From assembly GCA_965216465.1 (NCBI GenBank), contig CBDCFW010000006.1, positions 192,001 through 256,000 on the forward strand: a stretch of 64,000 nucleotides of DNA, given 5' to 3'. The notes below the pieces were generated by a model that made no database searches, was not told the origin of the DNA, and worked only from the letters and a program-made list of their open reading frames with translations. The DNA comes from Bacteroidia bacterium. GTDB taxonomy: Bacteria; Bacteroidota; Bacteroidia; NS11-12g; UBA9320. This document shows, in pieces, positions 20,722-29,707 of the stretch (its first letter is position 1; each line of letters starts with the position of its first letter). The translations under genes and the position numbers were made by a program.

Positions 20722-21102
20722 ATGAGCAAGGTTTTATCCATATTGTTAAGCTTTTTATTCTTGATCACATCTACTGGTGTTCATCTTGATTTCGCTTATT
20801 GCGGAGATGAGCTGATGCATATTGAATTCTCGCACAGCGATGATATGCAAGAGTCTTGCTGTTTGGCAGATACGCAATATGACTGCTGTGAAACACAAGA
20901 GATTGTTCAAGACCCTCAATTGTTGGACTATATCCCGGTTTCTTCATTTGAGTTTGGATCTGTTCCTTTTGCTATTCTTGATTACCAAGACGTCAGTGTT
21001 AATGTCTTATCAGCTCAAGAGATTTCTCTTGATCATCTACCTAGACCACCTGACTTAGTTCAGGAACACTCCGCTCCTTTCTTGCAACGTTTTATTTGTT
21101 AG
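20722..21102 (+). CDS. HYC_CC_PP-type Cys-rich leader protein, copy 2
   Basis: Hydrophobic N-terminus, AYCG, SCC, DCC, PRPP; own TAAATTTG -7 element at 20707-20714. Confidence 0.8.
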   Translation: MSKVLSILLSFLFLITSTGVHLDFAYCGDELMHIEFSHSDDMQESCCLADTQYDCCETQEIVQDPQLLDYIPVSSFEFGSVPFAILDYQDVSVNVLSAQEISLDHLPRPPDLVQEHSAPFLQRFIC

Positions 21103-21147
21103 TACCTGATTACTGCATTGGCTTTAATCATACATTAACAAATAAAA
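21090..21147 (+). promoter_or_regulatory. Predicted mRNA hairpin overlapping the leader-2 stop codon and the receptor's A-rich initiation region
   Basis: TTTTATTTGTTAGT (21090-21103) pairs with ATTAACAAATAAAA (21134-21147); inner TGATTA/TAATCA stem; TTG start at 21154. Confidence 0.72.
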
Positions 21148-21153
21148 AAACAC

Positions 21154-23406
21154 TTGAAAAAAATATTAATATTCATGGTTGTTACGCTCGTAAGCGTAGT
21201 AACCGTTGCACAAGACCAACATAAATATGTAAACGGTGTTGTGTTATCGATTGATGGAGATCAAAAAACTCCTATTCCAGGTGCGTTCGTACGCTGGATA
21301 GACAAGAAAGCAGGAGTATTTACCAACGACCAAGGTAAATTCTCAATTATGCACATGGGTGAAAGCCCTTCTTTAGTTGTATCGTATGTATCATTTAAAT
21401 CTGATACTATTGCGATTGATGACATTTCAAAACAATACACTGTTATCCTTCAGGATGAAACTGAAATTGGTCCAGCAATTGTGCTTGGAAGAAGAATTAG
21501 TTACGGACTTTCTCGGTTAAGCCCACGAACAACTGTTCTTTTAGGTGAAAGAGAATTTCAAAAGGCAGCATGTTGTAACCTTTCTGAAAGCTTTGAAAAT
21601 GCCCCTGCAATTGATGTAAGCTTTTCGGATGCTGTAACTGGTACTAAGCAGATTAAGATGCTTGGGTTAGATGGTTTTTATACCTTAATCGGAAGAGAAT
21701 ACATGCCCGCAGTTAGAACGTTAAACTCCTATTACGGCTTAAGTCTGATTCCTGCAGCGTGGGTTGAAGGTATTCAAATCACAAAAGGAGCAGGAAGTGT
21801 TGTAAACGGACATGAAAGCATGGCTGGACAAATCAATATTGAAATGAAAAAGCCATTCGGAAACACCAATTTCTTGCTCGACCAATTTGTTTCGCAGGGA
21901 GGAAGAGCCGAAACAGACTTTGTGTACCGAAAAGACCTAAATAAGCATTTAGCTACTTCAATTCTTGCTCGATACTCTTTTCAGCAAATTGAAAACGACA
22001 GAAACAACGATGGTTTCTTAGATATGCCAAAAGGAAATCAGTTTCAAATCATGAACAGATGGCAATTCGCAACTGACAACGGATTTGAAGGTATTGCAAC
22101 TGTTTCATACAATCAAGATGAGAAACTAGCCGGCCAGAAAGAGTTTTACCACGAAAACGACAGTTCATATGGCGTAGAACTCAACACTAAACAATTTGAT
22201 GCAATTGCTAAGATTGGTAAGACCTTTAAAAACAAACCACTTACAAGTCTAGGTAGCCAGTTTTCATTTAATAAAACCTTGTTTGATGGAAATTATGGTA
22301 GTCGATTTAATCCTAACGAGTATCGTGGAGAGTCCTCAACCTTTTACATGAACTTGTTGTATCAGTCGATCATCAAAAACAGCTTTCATCAGTTTCAAAC
22401 AGGTATATCGTTAACTTCAGATCAAATTGAAGAATCTTACCAAGATTTTCGTTTTTCAAGAACAGAAACAGTTCCAGGGGCATTTTTTGAATATACCTAC
22501 AAACCAAAAGAAACGTTTAGCTTGGTTGGAGGAATTCGGACCGATTACAACTTATTATATGGTTGGTCTGTAACACCTCGTATTCATTCAAAATACAGAT
22601 TTAACAAGGAGAAAACTGTGATTCGGGTATCAACAGGAATGGGACGAAGAACTTCAAATCCATTGGCTCAAAGTCAACAGATTTTCACCAGTAGCAGAAA
22701 CATCAATTTCTCTATATCTGATATAAATCTACCCTACGGACTTGAACAAGAAGTTTCGCTAAACTCTGGATTAAGCTTCGAACACGATTTCCATCTGACC
22801 TATATGCCCGCTACCATAGGCCTTGATTACTTCAATACTACATTCTTTAATGAAGTAGTGGTTGACCGTGAAGTGCCAGGCGAGGCCAGCTTCTACAACA
22901 TGAAGAATGGAACGCGTGCAAATAGTTTTCAAACTCAACTCGATTTAAAACCTGCACGAAGAACTGAAGTTCGACTAGCTTATAGAATGTTTGATGTTCA
23001 AACAAAATATAACAACCTGGGTTATCTAGCTAAACCTTTTATTTCAAAGCATCGTTCTTTCATTAATGTAACACAAAGAACGCGTTCTGGGTGGCAGTTT
23101 AGCAGCACAGGAACTTGGTACGGTCCTCAACGAATAGCTGGCAGCTATGAGCAAGCAGGAGACAATAAAATTGTTCAGAACGAATCTCCAAGCTTTGTTC
23201 TGGTAAATGCTCAAGTGAGTAAGACCATTAAAAAACAATTTGAAATCTATACCGGAGTTGAGAATATGTTAGACTACAGACAAGACGATCCTATACAGGA
23301 TGCTGTTGATCCATTTGGATCAAATTTCGATGCAGGGTTAGTCTGGGGACCTGTCTTTGGCCGAATGATTTATGGTGGCTTTAGATGGAGAATTCATGGA
23401 GAATAA
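21154..23406 (+). CDS. TonB-dependent receptor with CC motif in plug (metal uptake)
   Basis: Carboxypeptidase-regulatory-like N-domain, KAACCNLSESF, ITKGAGSV...AGQIN plug, C-terminal GRMIYGGFRW. Confidence 0.92.
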   Translation: MKKILIFMVVTLVSVVTVAQDQHKYVNGVVLSIDGDQKTPIPGAFVRWIDKKAGVFTNDQGKFSIMHMGESPSLVVSYVSFKSDTIAIDDISKQYTVILQDETEIGPAIVLGRRISYGLSRLSPRTTVLLGEREFQKAACCNLSESFENAPAIDVSFSDAVTGTKQIKMLGLDGFYTLIGREYMPAVRTLNSYYGLSLIPAAWVEGIQITKGAGSVVNGHESMAGQINIEMKKPFGNTNFLLDQFVSQGGRAETDFVYRKDLNKHLATSILARYSFQQIENDRNNDGFLDMPKGNQFQIMNRWQFATDNGFEGIATVSYNQDEKLAGQKEFYHENDSSYGVELNTKQFDAIAKIGKTFKNKPLTSLGSQFSFNKTLFDGNYGSRFNPNEYRGESSTFYMNLLYQSIIKNSFHQFQTGISLTSDQIEESYQDFRFSRTETVPGAFFEYTYKPKETFSLVGGIRTDYNLLYGWSVTPRIHSKYRFNKEKTVIRVSTGMGRRTSNPLAQSQQIFTSSRNINFSISDINLPYGLEQEVSLNSGLSFEHDFHLTYMPATIGLDYFNTTFFNEVVVDREVPGEASFYNMKNGTRANSFQTQLDLKPARRTEVRLAYRMFDVQTKYNNLGYLAKPFISKHRSFINVTQRTRSGWQFSSTGTWYGPQRIAGSYEQAGDNKIVQNESPSFVLVNAQVSKTIKKQFEIYTGVENMLDYRQDDPIQDAVDPFGSNFDAGLVWGPVFGRMIYGGFRWRIHGE

Positions 23407-23408
23407 AA

Positions 23409-24119
23409 ATGGAAAAGATTCAATTTAATATATCAGGAATTTCGTGCATGTCTTGTGTAAGCAAGCTTGAAAAAGCCTTTTATGGCAATGCCAACATTAA
23501 GCAAGTTGCGATTGACCAAGAATCTGGAAACACAAACTTACAATTTGAGGGTGAGCTAAATACTGATGAAATAGAATCGATAATAAAAAGTGCTGGCGAC
23601 TACGCATATCATGCAACAGAAGTTGAAGAGAAACGGTCTAGTAAATGGGTAACATACCGGCCGTTAATTTTAATCGTTGGCTACCTATTATTGGTTACGT
23701 TAACATTAGAATTTAGCTCGGGAATGTTCTTAATGGAAACCTGGATGGCAAACTTTATGGCAGGTTTCTTTATTGTTTTTTCGTTCTTTAAATTTTTAGA
23801 TTTAGGTGGATTTGCAAAAGCCTACAGAAGCTATGACATCATAGCTAAAAAAGTAAAATTTTATGGTTATGCATTTCCATTTGTTGAGTTAGCATTGGGT
23901 ATCTCATACCTTTTGTTTTCTGACTTAGCTATAACACATCTCATTACAGCAATTATTATGTTTGTAAGTCTCGTAGGTGTGGTTAATTCAGTGCTCAACA
24001 AATCTGAAATTCAGTGTGCTTGTTTAGGCACGGTCTTCAACTTGCCCATGAGTTATGTAACCATAATCGAAGACACCGTAATGCTTGTTATGGCACTATT
24101 TATGTACTTTAGAATATAG
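23409..24119 (+). CDS. HMA domain fused to MauE/DoxX-like membrane domain
   Basis: GISCMSCV HMA motif; several TM helices; IQCACLG; ATG 23409 preferred start. Confidence 0.87.
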   Translation: MEKIQFNISGISCMSCVSKLEKAFYGNANIKQVAIDQESGNTNLQFEGELNTDEIESIIKSAGDYAYHATEVEEKRSSKWVTYRPLILIVGYLLLVTLTLEFSSGMFLMETWMANFMAGFFIVFSFFKFLDLGGFAKAYRSYDIIAKKVKFYGYAFPFVELALGISYLLFSDLAITHLITAIIMFVSLVGVVNSVLNKSEIQCACLGTVFNLPMSYVTIIEDTVMLVMALFMYFRI

Positions 24120-24123
24120 ACAC

Positions 24124-24876
24124 GTGAAAAAAATATTAATAATAACAACAGTACTTGCATTCTTTGCATCATCGTGCGGGCCAGAAACTGTAGATCCTCC
24201 AGTTGAACCGCAGGAAGTTCAAGAAATGACGCTAAACTTCGCTCCAAAATTTGATGGAGGAAGTTTTGAGCTGCTTTCTAGCACTTACACTTTAGCCAGT
24301 GGCGAAGAGGTAGAATTCAAACGATTTGCGGCATTGTTTAGCAACTTTTATCTGATTAATGAAGATGGGTCGAAACTGATGCTTGACGACCAATACGCTT
24401 TTCTAAACCTTAATAAAAATCAGATGTCAGTAACACTGACTGAGATTCCAAAAGGAAATTATAAAGGTGTTGGATTTATGTACGGATTGGATTCAGCAAT
24501 CAATCATGGTCCGACTAACCAATATCCTATCGACCATCCATTAAACACATTCAACAATTCGTTGTATTGGGATTGGGCAGGCGGATACATATTCTCAGCC
24601 ATCGAAGGAGGAGTAGCAAATTCTAATGAAAAATTTGTGTTTCACTTGGCAGGAAGCATGAATACAATCAATTATGAGCTTCCTATGGTCTTTACTAAAG
24701 ACAATAAAGCACTTCAAGCAGAGATTGATTTGCATATGGATGAAATCTTCAAGAACCCTGAGGTTTATAGCCTTGAGAATGACGGAACGAGTGTGCACAA
24801 TGCCCTTGATGCCGTGACCACAAAGTTAATTGGCAACATGGGTGATATATTTAGTTTAATGAGTGTTTCAGAATGA
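24124..24876 (+). CDS. MbnP-like WxW lipoprotein
   Basis: GTG 24124 start gives MKKILIITTVLAFFASSC lipoprotein signal; GLD..INH, HPL, LYWDWAGGYIF, FHLAG. Confidence 0.82.
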   Translation: MKKILIITTVLAFFASSCGPETVDPPVEPQEVQEMTLNFAPKFDGGSFELLSSTYTLASGEEVEFKRFAALFSNFYLINEDGSKLMLDDQYAFLNLNKNQMSVTLTEIPKGNYKGVGFMYGLDSAINHGPTNQYPIDHPLNTFNNSLYWDWAGGYIFSAIEGGVANSNEKFVFHLAGSMNTINYELPMVFTKDNKALQAEIDLHMDEIFKNPEVYSLENDGTSVHNALDAVTTKLIGNMGDIFSLMSVSE

Positions 24877-25982
24877 AGCTAGGAAAGTATTCCATATTAC
24901 TCTTAATAGTTCTGGGAATCTGGGCTTGTAAGGATGTTGTAAACGAACTTCCAGATACACCGTTCGAAACAACGCCCTATAGCATTGAAATTCCTGGAGG
25001 ACTATTTAAAGCAAGTTTTCCCCCTGATAATAGACCTACTGAGGAAGGTGTTTATCTCGGGAGGATGCTGTTCTACGATCCAATTTTGAGTGCTGATAGC
25101 ACCCAGAGCTGTGCGTCTTGTCACAATCAAGAATTTGCATTTACAGACAATGAGAAGCAGTTTAGCGAAGGAATTAGAGGACTCGAAGGCAAACGAAACT
25201 CAATGCCTATTTTTAATCTAATGTGGCATATGGATGGTTTCTTTTGGGATGGACGGGCTGAGTTGTTAAGACATCAATCTTTGCTTCCAATTCAAGATCC
25301 TTTGGAAATGGATGAAACTTTGGGCAACATGCTGGTTAAGCTTAACGCTTCCGATATGTACAAAGAGCACTTTAAGAAAGCTTTTAACATCGACGAAATT
25401 GATGAAGAACATGTGAGCATGGCCTTAGAGCAATTCATGATGATTATCATTAGCGGTGATTCTAAGTTTGATCGCGTAAACGCTGGTCTCGAAACATTAA
25501 CTGGTCAAGAAGAGGTAGGGAGAATTGTTTTTGGAGAAGAAGCTATTCCTCTAAAACTAGAGCCAGATCCAGATAATCCACAAAACTTTGGGGCTGATTG
25601 CTTCCATTGCCATGGCAACCCGTTGTTCATGCGCCGCGAGTTTGGAAATAATGGACTCGATTCTGTGCTTACAGACAAAGGTTTAGGAGATGTAACCGGC
25701 TTGGCTACCGACGATGGCAAATTCAAGACTCCTAGCTTAAGAAATATCGAAAAAACAGCTCCATATATGCATGATGGACGATTTAATACGTTAGAAGAAG
25801 TAGTGGAGTTTTATTTGAATGGAGCACACGCTAACTCTCCAAACATAGACCCCAACATGCATGCTCTTCAAGATTCCGTATATTTGAGCCCTGAACATAA
25901 AGCGGCTTTAATTGCGTTCTTAAAGACATTAACAGACGACAATTATTTAACAAACCCTGAATATTCAAACCCTTTTAAATAA
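24873..25982 (+). CDS. Di-heme MbnH/MauG-like enzyme, paralog 3 (lipoprotein)
   Basis: CASCH, FFWDGRA, CFHCH, PYMHDG...FY; lipobox WAC; ATGA overlap. Confidence 0.9.
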   Translation: MKLGKYSILLLIVLGIWACKDVVNELPDTPFETTPYSIEIPGGLFKASFPPDNRPTEEGVYLGRMLFYDPILSADSTQSCASCHNQEFAFTDNEKQFSEGIRGLEGKRNSMPIFNLMWHMDGFFWDGRAELLRHQSLLPIQDPLEMDETLGNMLVKLNASDMYKEHFKKAFNIDEIDEEHVSMALEQFMMIIISGDSKFDRVNAGLETLTGQEEVGRIVFGEEAIPLKLEPDPDNPQNFGADCFHCHGNPLFMRREFGNNGLDSVLTDKGLGDVTGLATDDGKFKTPSLRNIEKTAPYMHDGRFNTLEEVVEFYLNGAHANSPNIDPNMHALQDSVYLSPEHKAALIAFLKTLTDDNYLTNPEYSNPFK

Positions 25983-25990
25983 AAGAAATT

Positions 25991-26347
25991 ATGAAAAAAA
26001 TACTTTTAGCACTATTAATGGTAAGTACAGTAGCTGTATTTGCTAAATCCGTGACCAAAAAAATAGAGGTTAAAGGAGAATGCGACATGTGCAAAGAAAA
26101 AATTGAAGCAGCTTTAGACATTCCTGGTGTATCATTTGCCGAATGGGATATTGAATCTAAAATGCTAACTGTTCGCTATAACGACAAAAAAGTAACTGAA
26201 GATCAAATTCATACTGTAATGTCGGAACTTGGTTATGCTACCAGTAAAATGGCGGCAAATAAAGAGGCACAAAACAAGTTAGATGACTGCTGTAAACCAC
26301 AAGAGAAAAAAGGCTGTTGTTCGAGTAAGAGCAGCTGTAAAAAATAA
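25991..26347 (+). CDS. Exported HMA-domain metal chaperone with Cys-rich tail
   Basis: Signal peptide, VKGECDMCKEKIE, tail DDCC...GCCSSKSSC. Confidence 0.9.
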   Translation: MKKILLALLMVSTVAVFAKSVTKKIEVKGECDMCKEKIEAALDIPGVSFAEWDIESKMLTVRYNDKKVTEDQIHTVMSELGYATSKMAANKEAQNKLDDCCKPQEKKGCCSSKSSCKK

Positions 26348-26352
26348 ACTTT

Positions 26353-26380
26353 AAAGACCGGCTAAGCCGGTCTTTTTTTT
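26353..26380 (+). terminator. Intrinsic terminator closing the metal locus
   Basis: AAAGACCGGC-taa-GCCGGTCTTT followed by a T run. Confidence 0.9.
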
Positions 26381-26392
26381 GATTATCGAAAA

Positions 26393-27070
26393 ATGCGTTA
26401 CTCGACAATTTTATTATTATCCGTTTTTGCTATCACCTTTAGTGGTTTCACACATAAGGAGATTAAGCCAAAGGCTGTGGTATACACATCCGAGATGAAT
26501 GTAATCTACCACGACATGCCAAACCCATTAATTGTTCATCTTTATGGAGTCAGCTATGACGATATTTCTGTCTCTGCCAGCGGTGCAACTGTAGAAGCTT
26601 CCAAAAAGAAAAGAGGATACTACACCATTAGGCCAACAACCGGATCTAGAGAAGTAAGAGTATTGGTCGCTGGTAAAAATAGTAAAGGCAAAATGGTGGT
26701 CTTGAGCAAGCCTATGTTTAAGGCTAGGAGAATCCCAACCTTTCCTGCTAGAATTGGAGCTTTAGCAAATAACGGCAAACCAGTTTCTCACCAAGCCATT
26801 CATGCACAACGAAGAATGACAATTGATGTATCTGGATTCCCATATTATTTAGAAACAGAAATTGCTTCGTTTAAAGTTACCGTGTATGACCACAATGGGA
26901 AAACTGAATATTTTCATGATAAGAACAATTTCACTAAAGAATTCAGAAATCATTTAAAATTCTTAAGAACAGGCAACGCCGTTGCCGTTTCAGAAATTAA
27001 ATACACAATTAAGGGTAGTGATTCAAAAATGGTTTACAATGCACCTTCGGTCTATGTACCGATAAGATAA
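26393..27070 (+). CDS. Stand-alone GldM/PorM C-terminal-domain-like exported protein
   Basis: MNVIY...NPL.V...GV and FKARRIP resemble GldM distal domains; signal peptide. Confidence 0.65.
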   Translation: MRYSTILLLSVFAITFSGFTHKEIKPKAVVYTSEMNVIYHDMPNPLIVHLYGVSYDDISVSASGATVEASKKKRGYYTIRPTTGSREVRVLVAGKNSKGKMVVLSKPMFKARRIPTFPARIGALANNGKPVSHQAIHAQRRMTIDVSGFPYYLETEIASFKVTVYDHNGKTEYFHDKNNFTKEFRNHLKFLRTGNAVAVSEIKYTIKGSDSKMVYNAPSVYVPIR

Positions 27071-27112
27071 TACTCGTTTGGAATATGACAATTCAAATTC
27101 GATATTTGAATC

Positions 27113-27790
27113 ATGGCATATTTCAACCAACAATTTATTGATTTCTTTAAAGGATTAGCAGCGAATAACAGCAAAGACTACTTCGATGAAAACCGTAAGA
27201 TTTATCAGAAAGAAGTTAAGGATCCATTCTATCAACTTGTTGCTGATTGCATCGCAGAAACCGGTAAGATCGATTCCAATATCAAATCGCTGGAGGTTAA
27301 AAATGCCGTTTTTAGAATTAACCGAGACATTCGTTTTTCTAAAGACAAAACACCATACAATTTGCATGTGAGTGCTGCCATTGGTCCACAAGGCCGCAAA
27401 AACATGGAGTATCCAGGCTTATATCTTCAACTCAATATTGATCAATGTCACTTCGGAGGAGGGTGTTATATGCCAAGTAAAGAGAACCTTTCTCGCATCC
27501 GTCAATACATTATTGACCAGCCTAAAGCAGTTGAAAAAGCGTTGGCTAACAAAGACTTTAAAAGGGTTTATGGAAACCTAAGCGAAGGAGATAAAAACAA
27601 GATTCTACCTAAAGAATTTAAAGCCTTTGGAGACCAGTATCCTTTACTCTACAACAAACAGTTTTTTTATATGGCCCAGCACGACAATGGGGAAAACATT
27701 ATTTTGAAAGATGATCTGTTAGATTTTATAATTGATCATTATAAAGCAGGTCAATCCTGGAATAATGTTCTCAAAGCTGCCATGTTATGA
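27113..27790 (+). CDS. DUF2461 (TIGR02453) family protein
   Basis: NNSKDYF, FRINRDIRFSKDKTPY. Confidence 0.9.
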   Translation: MAYFNQQFIDFFKGLAANNSKDYFDENRKIYQKEVKDPFYQLVADCIAETGKIDSNIKSLEVKNAVFRINRDIRFSKDKTPYNLHVSAAIGPQGRKNMEYPGLYLQLNIDQCHFGGGCYMPSKENLSRIRQYIIDQPKAVEKALANKDFKRVYGNLSEGDKNKILPKEFKAFGDQYPLLYNKQFFYMAQHDNGENIILKDDLLDFIIDHYKAGQSWNNVLKAAML

Positions 27791-28356
27791 AAAAATTAGC
27801 ACTACTATTAACCGTATCACTAGCCTCCTGTTCAGTACTTAATCTCAATCTTTCAAAAGACCTATACAAGCCTACACAATTTGTATCTGTTGAAGCATTA
27901 GACTTAAGCGAAGATGCCACTGAATTATCGACTAAAAACGATGAAGTTATGGTCTCTGTTTACTTCTGCCACAAGGACGCACCAGAGTACGTCACCAGTC
28001 AATGGCATTCAGAAATTAAAGTGTTTGAAGTAAACACTTCGCACGACTACAACCGTACACTTATGATACCGGATAGTGGTATTGTTTACATCTGCCTAAG
28101 TGAAATTGACGACGAAGAGATCTTAGATCGAACAAAGGTTCAATTGACTGAATATCTGAAGTATCGAAAAGATATGGCCTTTGACTCAAAAGCGACCATC
28201 GATGCTATGATCAAAGACAATGACTTTTTAGGGTTTGTTAAACTTCATCACCAAGCAAATAATGCAGATACTTCATTAAGCATTATAGGAGTTGACTTGT
28301 TAGACAAATTCCGTTACGAGGTAAAAGTGAAGAAAGAGATGATTCCACAAGCATAA
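27787..28356 (+). CDS. Hypothetical lipoprotein
   Basis: Lipobox LASC; ATGA overlap. Confidence 0.7.
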   Translation: MKKLALLLTVSLASCSVLNLNLSKDLYKPTQFVSVEALDLSEDATELSTKNDEVMVSVYFCHKDAPEYVTSQWHSEIKVFEVNTSHDYNRTLMIPDSGIVYICLSEIDDEEILDRTKVQLTEYLKYRKDMAFDSKATIDAMIKDNDFLGFVKLHHQANNADTSLSIIGVDLLDKFRYEVKVKKEMIPQA

Positions 28357-28385
28357 TTAGAAATCTGCTTTCGCGTTATTAGACT

Positions 28386-29705
28386 ATGAAACCCTTACTG
28401 ATCGCTGTAATTGTATTGCAAAGTTTTTGGCTTTCGGCCCAGAATGTAGCTTTTGAGTTGAGCGAAATGAATTTGGCCTACATCGGACTAGAAAATCCCC
28501 TCAATGTTGCCATAAGCGGTGTAGACCAAGAAGATGTAATTGTAAAAACCTCAGAAGGATGCAGCTATGCAAATGGCAAGCTTAAAGTTACACGTAAAGC
28601 TCGATTGTGTAAGGTGCATGCCGGCTACCTCGATCAGGGTGATACGGTTTGGGTAGATTCTACTATTTTTCGTGTAAGACGGCTGCCGATGCCTAGAGCA
28701 CAACTGGGGGCAATACCAAATGACGGCCAACCAAAAGGGAAAGCGGCAATCATGACACAACAAAAACTGTTAATTTCAATGGGAGCTGGATTTGCTTATA
28801 ATTTCAGTTACTCCGTTACTGCCTATAATCTCATCGTGGTCTATAAGGATGCACCACCAGAGATGCATAGTGCTAGCAGTTCAAGATTAACCGGAGCAAT
28901 GAGAACTTCAATCCAAAAAATTAAGCCAGGCGACAAGTTAATTTTTGAGGGAATTAAGGTGGTTCAGGATAACTTTGGAACCCGTCATAATCTTTCTCCT
29001 ATCATTATTGAGGTAGCAGGAAGTTCATTAATTAATCAGTCGCATTTCGACCAATATGCCATTTTTTACAATGGTCATCAAATTGACACCCTGACGATTG
29101 GAACATTTGGTATAAATAAACGACTTCGAGAGTTTAAAACGGGAGAAGTACATTTTTTCACGTCCGATGAGTTTGGGTATCACAGAATAGAGAAAAAGTA
29201 TAAAAAGGGCATTGAAATTAGTAATGAAAGGTTTGATCACTACGGTAGAAAAGTTTCAAGTTTGATCCGAATTGACAGCAATACTTGGAATTACAGGAAT
29301 TACTATCCCAATGGAAACATAAAAATTGAAACCCTTCACAAAGAAGGTATAGTACTGAGGGCTTCAGACTCCTTATTTCACTGCAAATTTTCAGGTCATT
29401 TGGCTTATTACGAAGAAAGTTGTGAGTTCTTCGAGCAATTCAGAGAATTGGGTTTGCTTCACTTCAAACACTCAATTAACCCATCCAATTTTTTTAAGCT
29501 ATATCATGAGAATGGTGTTTTGGCTCAGGAAGGAGAACTCGCCATTATTGAAGGCGAAGATTTGCCCGATGGAATAATATGTGGGACTGGTATGACTTAC
29601 TATACCTACACCGACCACACTGTCTGTGATGGAAAATGGAAATTCTATGCCCAAGATGGTAGCTTGATCGAAGTCAAGAAATACCGCCTGGGCACAGAAC
29701 TCTAA
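28386..29705 (+). CDS. GldM C-terminal-like domains fused to MORN-variant repeat region
   Basis: MNLAYIGLENPLNVAISGV, FRVRRLP; YYPNGNIK, YHENG, GKWKFY..DG repeats. Confidence 0.65.
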   Translation: MKPLLIAVIVLQSFWLSAQNVAFELSEMNLAYIGLENPLNVAISGVDQEDVIVKTSEGCSYANGKLKVTRKARLCKVHAGYLDQGDTVWVDSTIFRVRRLPMPRAQLGAIPNDGQPKGKAAIMTQQKLLISMGAGFAYNFSYSVTAYNLIVVYKDAPPEMHSASSSRLTGAMRTSIQKIKPGDKLIFEGIKVVQDNFGTRHNLSPIIIEVAGSSLINQSHFDQYAIFYNGHQIDTLTIGTFGINKRLREFKTGEVHFFTSDEFGYHRIEKKYKKGIEISNERFDHYGRKVSSLIRIDSNTWNYRNYYPNGNIKIETLHKEGIVLRASDSLFHCKFSGHLAYYEESCEFFEQFRELGLLHFKHSINPSNFFKLYHENGVLAQEGELAIIEGEDLPDGIICGTGMTYYTYTDHTVCDGKWKFYAQDGSLIEVKKYRLGTEL

Positions 29706-29707
29706 TT

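Noticed and set aside
23385-24123. Long overlaps implied by ORF-track starts at 23385 and 24085
   Set aside because: Downstream starts (ATG 23409, GTG 24124) remove the overlaps and give sensible N-termini
16921-26347. Methanobactin or other RiPP biosynthetic cluster; methylamine dehydrogenase (mau) cluster
   Set aside because: No MbnA/B/C-like genes and no MauA/MauB subunits are visible; only MbnP/H-like and MauE-like components
28386-29705. YwqK-type antitoxin / toxin-antitoxin system (also the C-terminus of 37511-39487)
   Set aside because: MORN-variant repeats are widespread in exported Bacteroidota proteins and no toxin gene is adjacent
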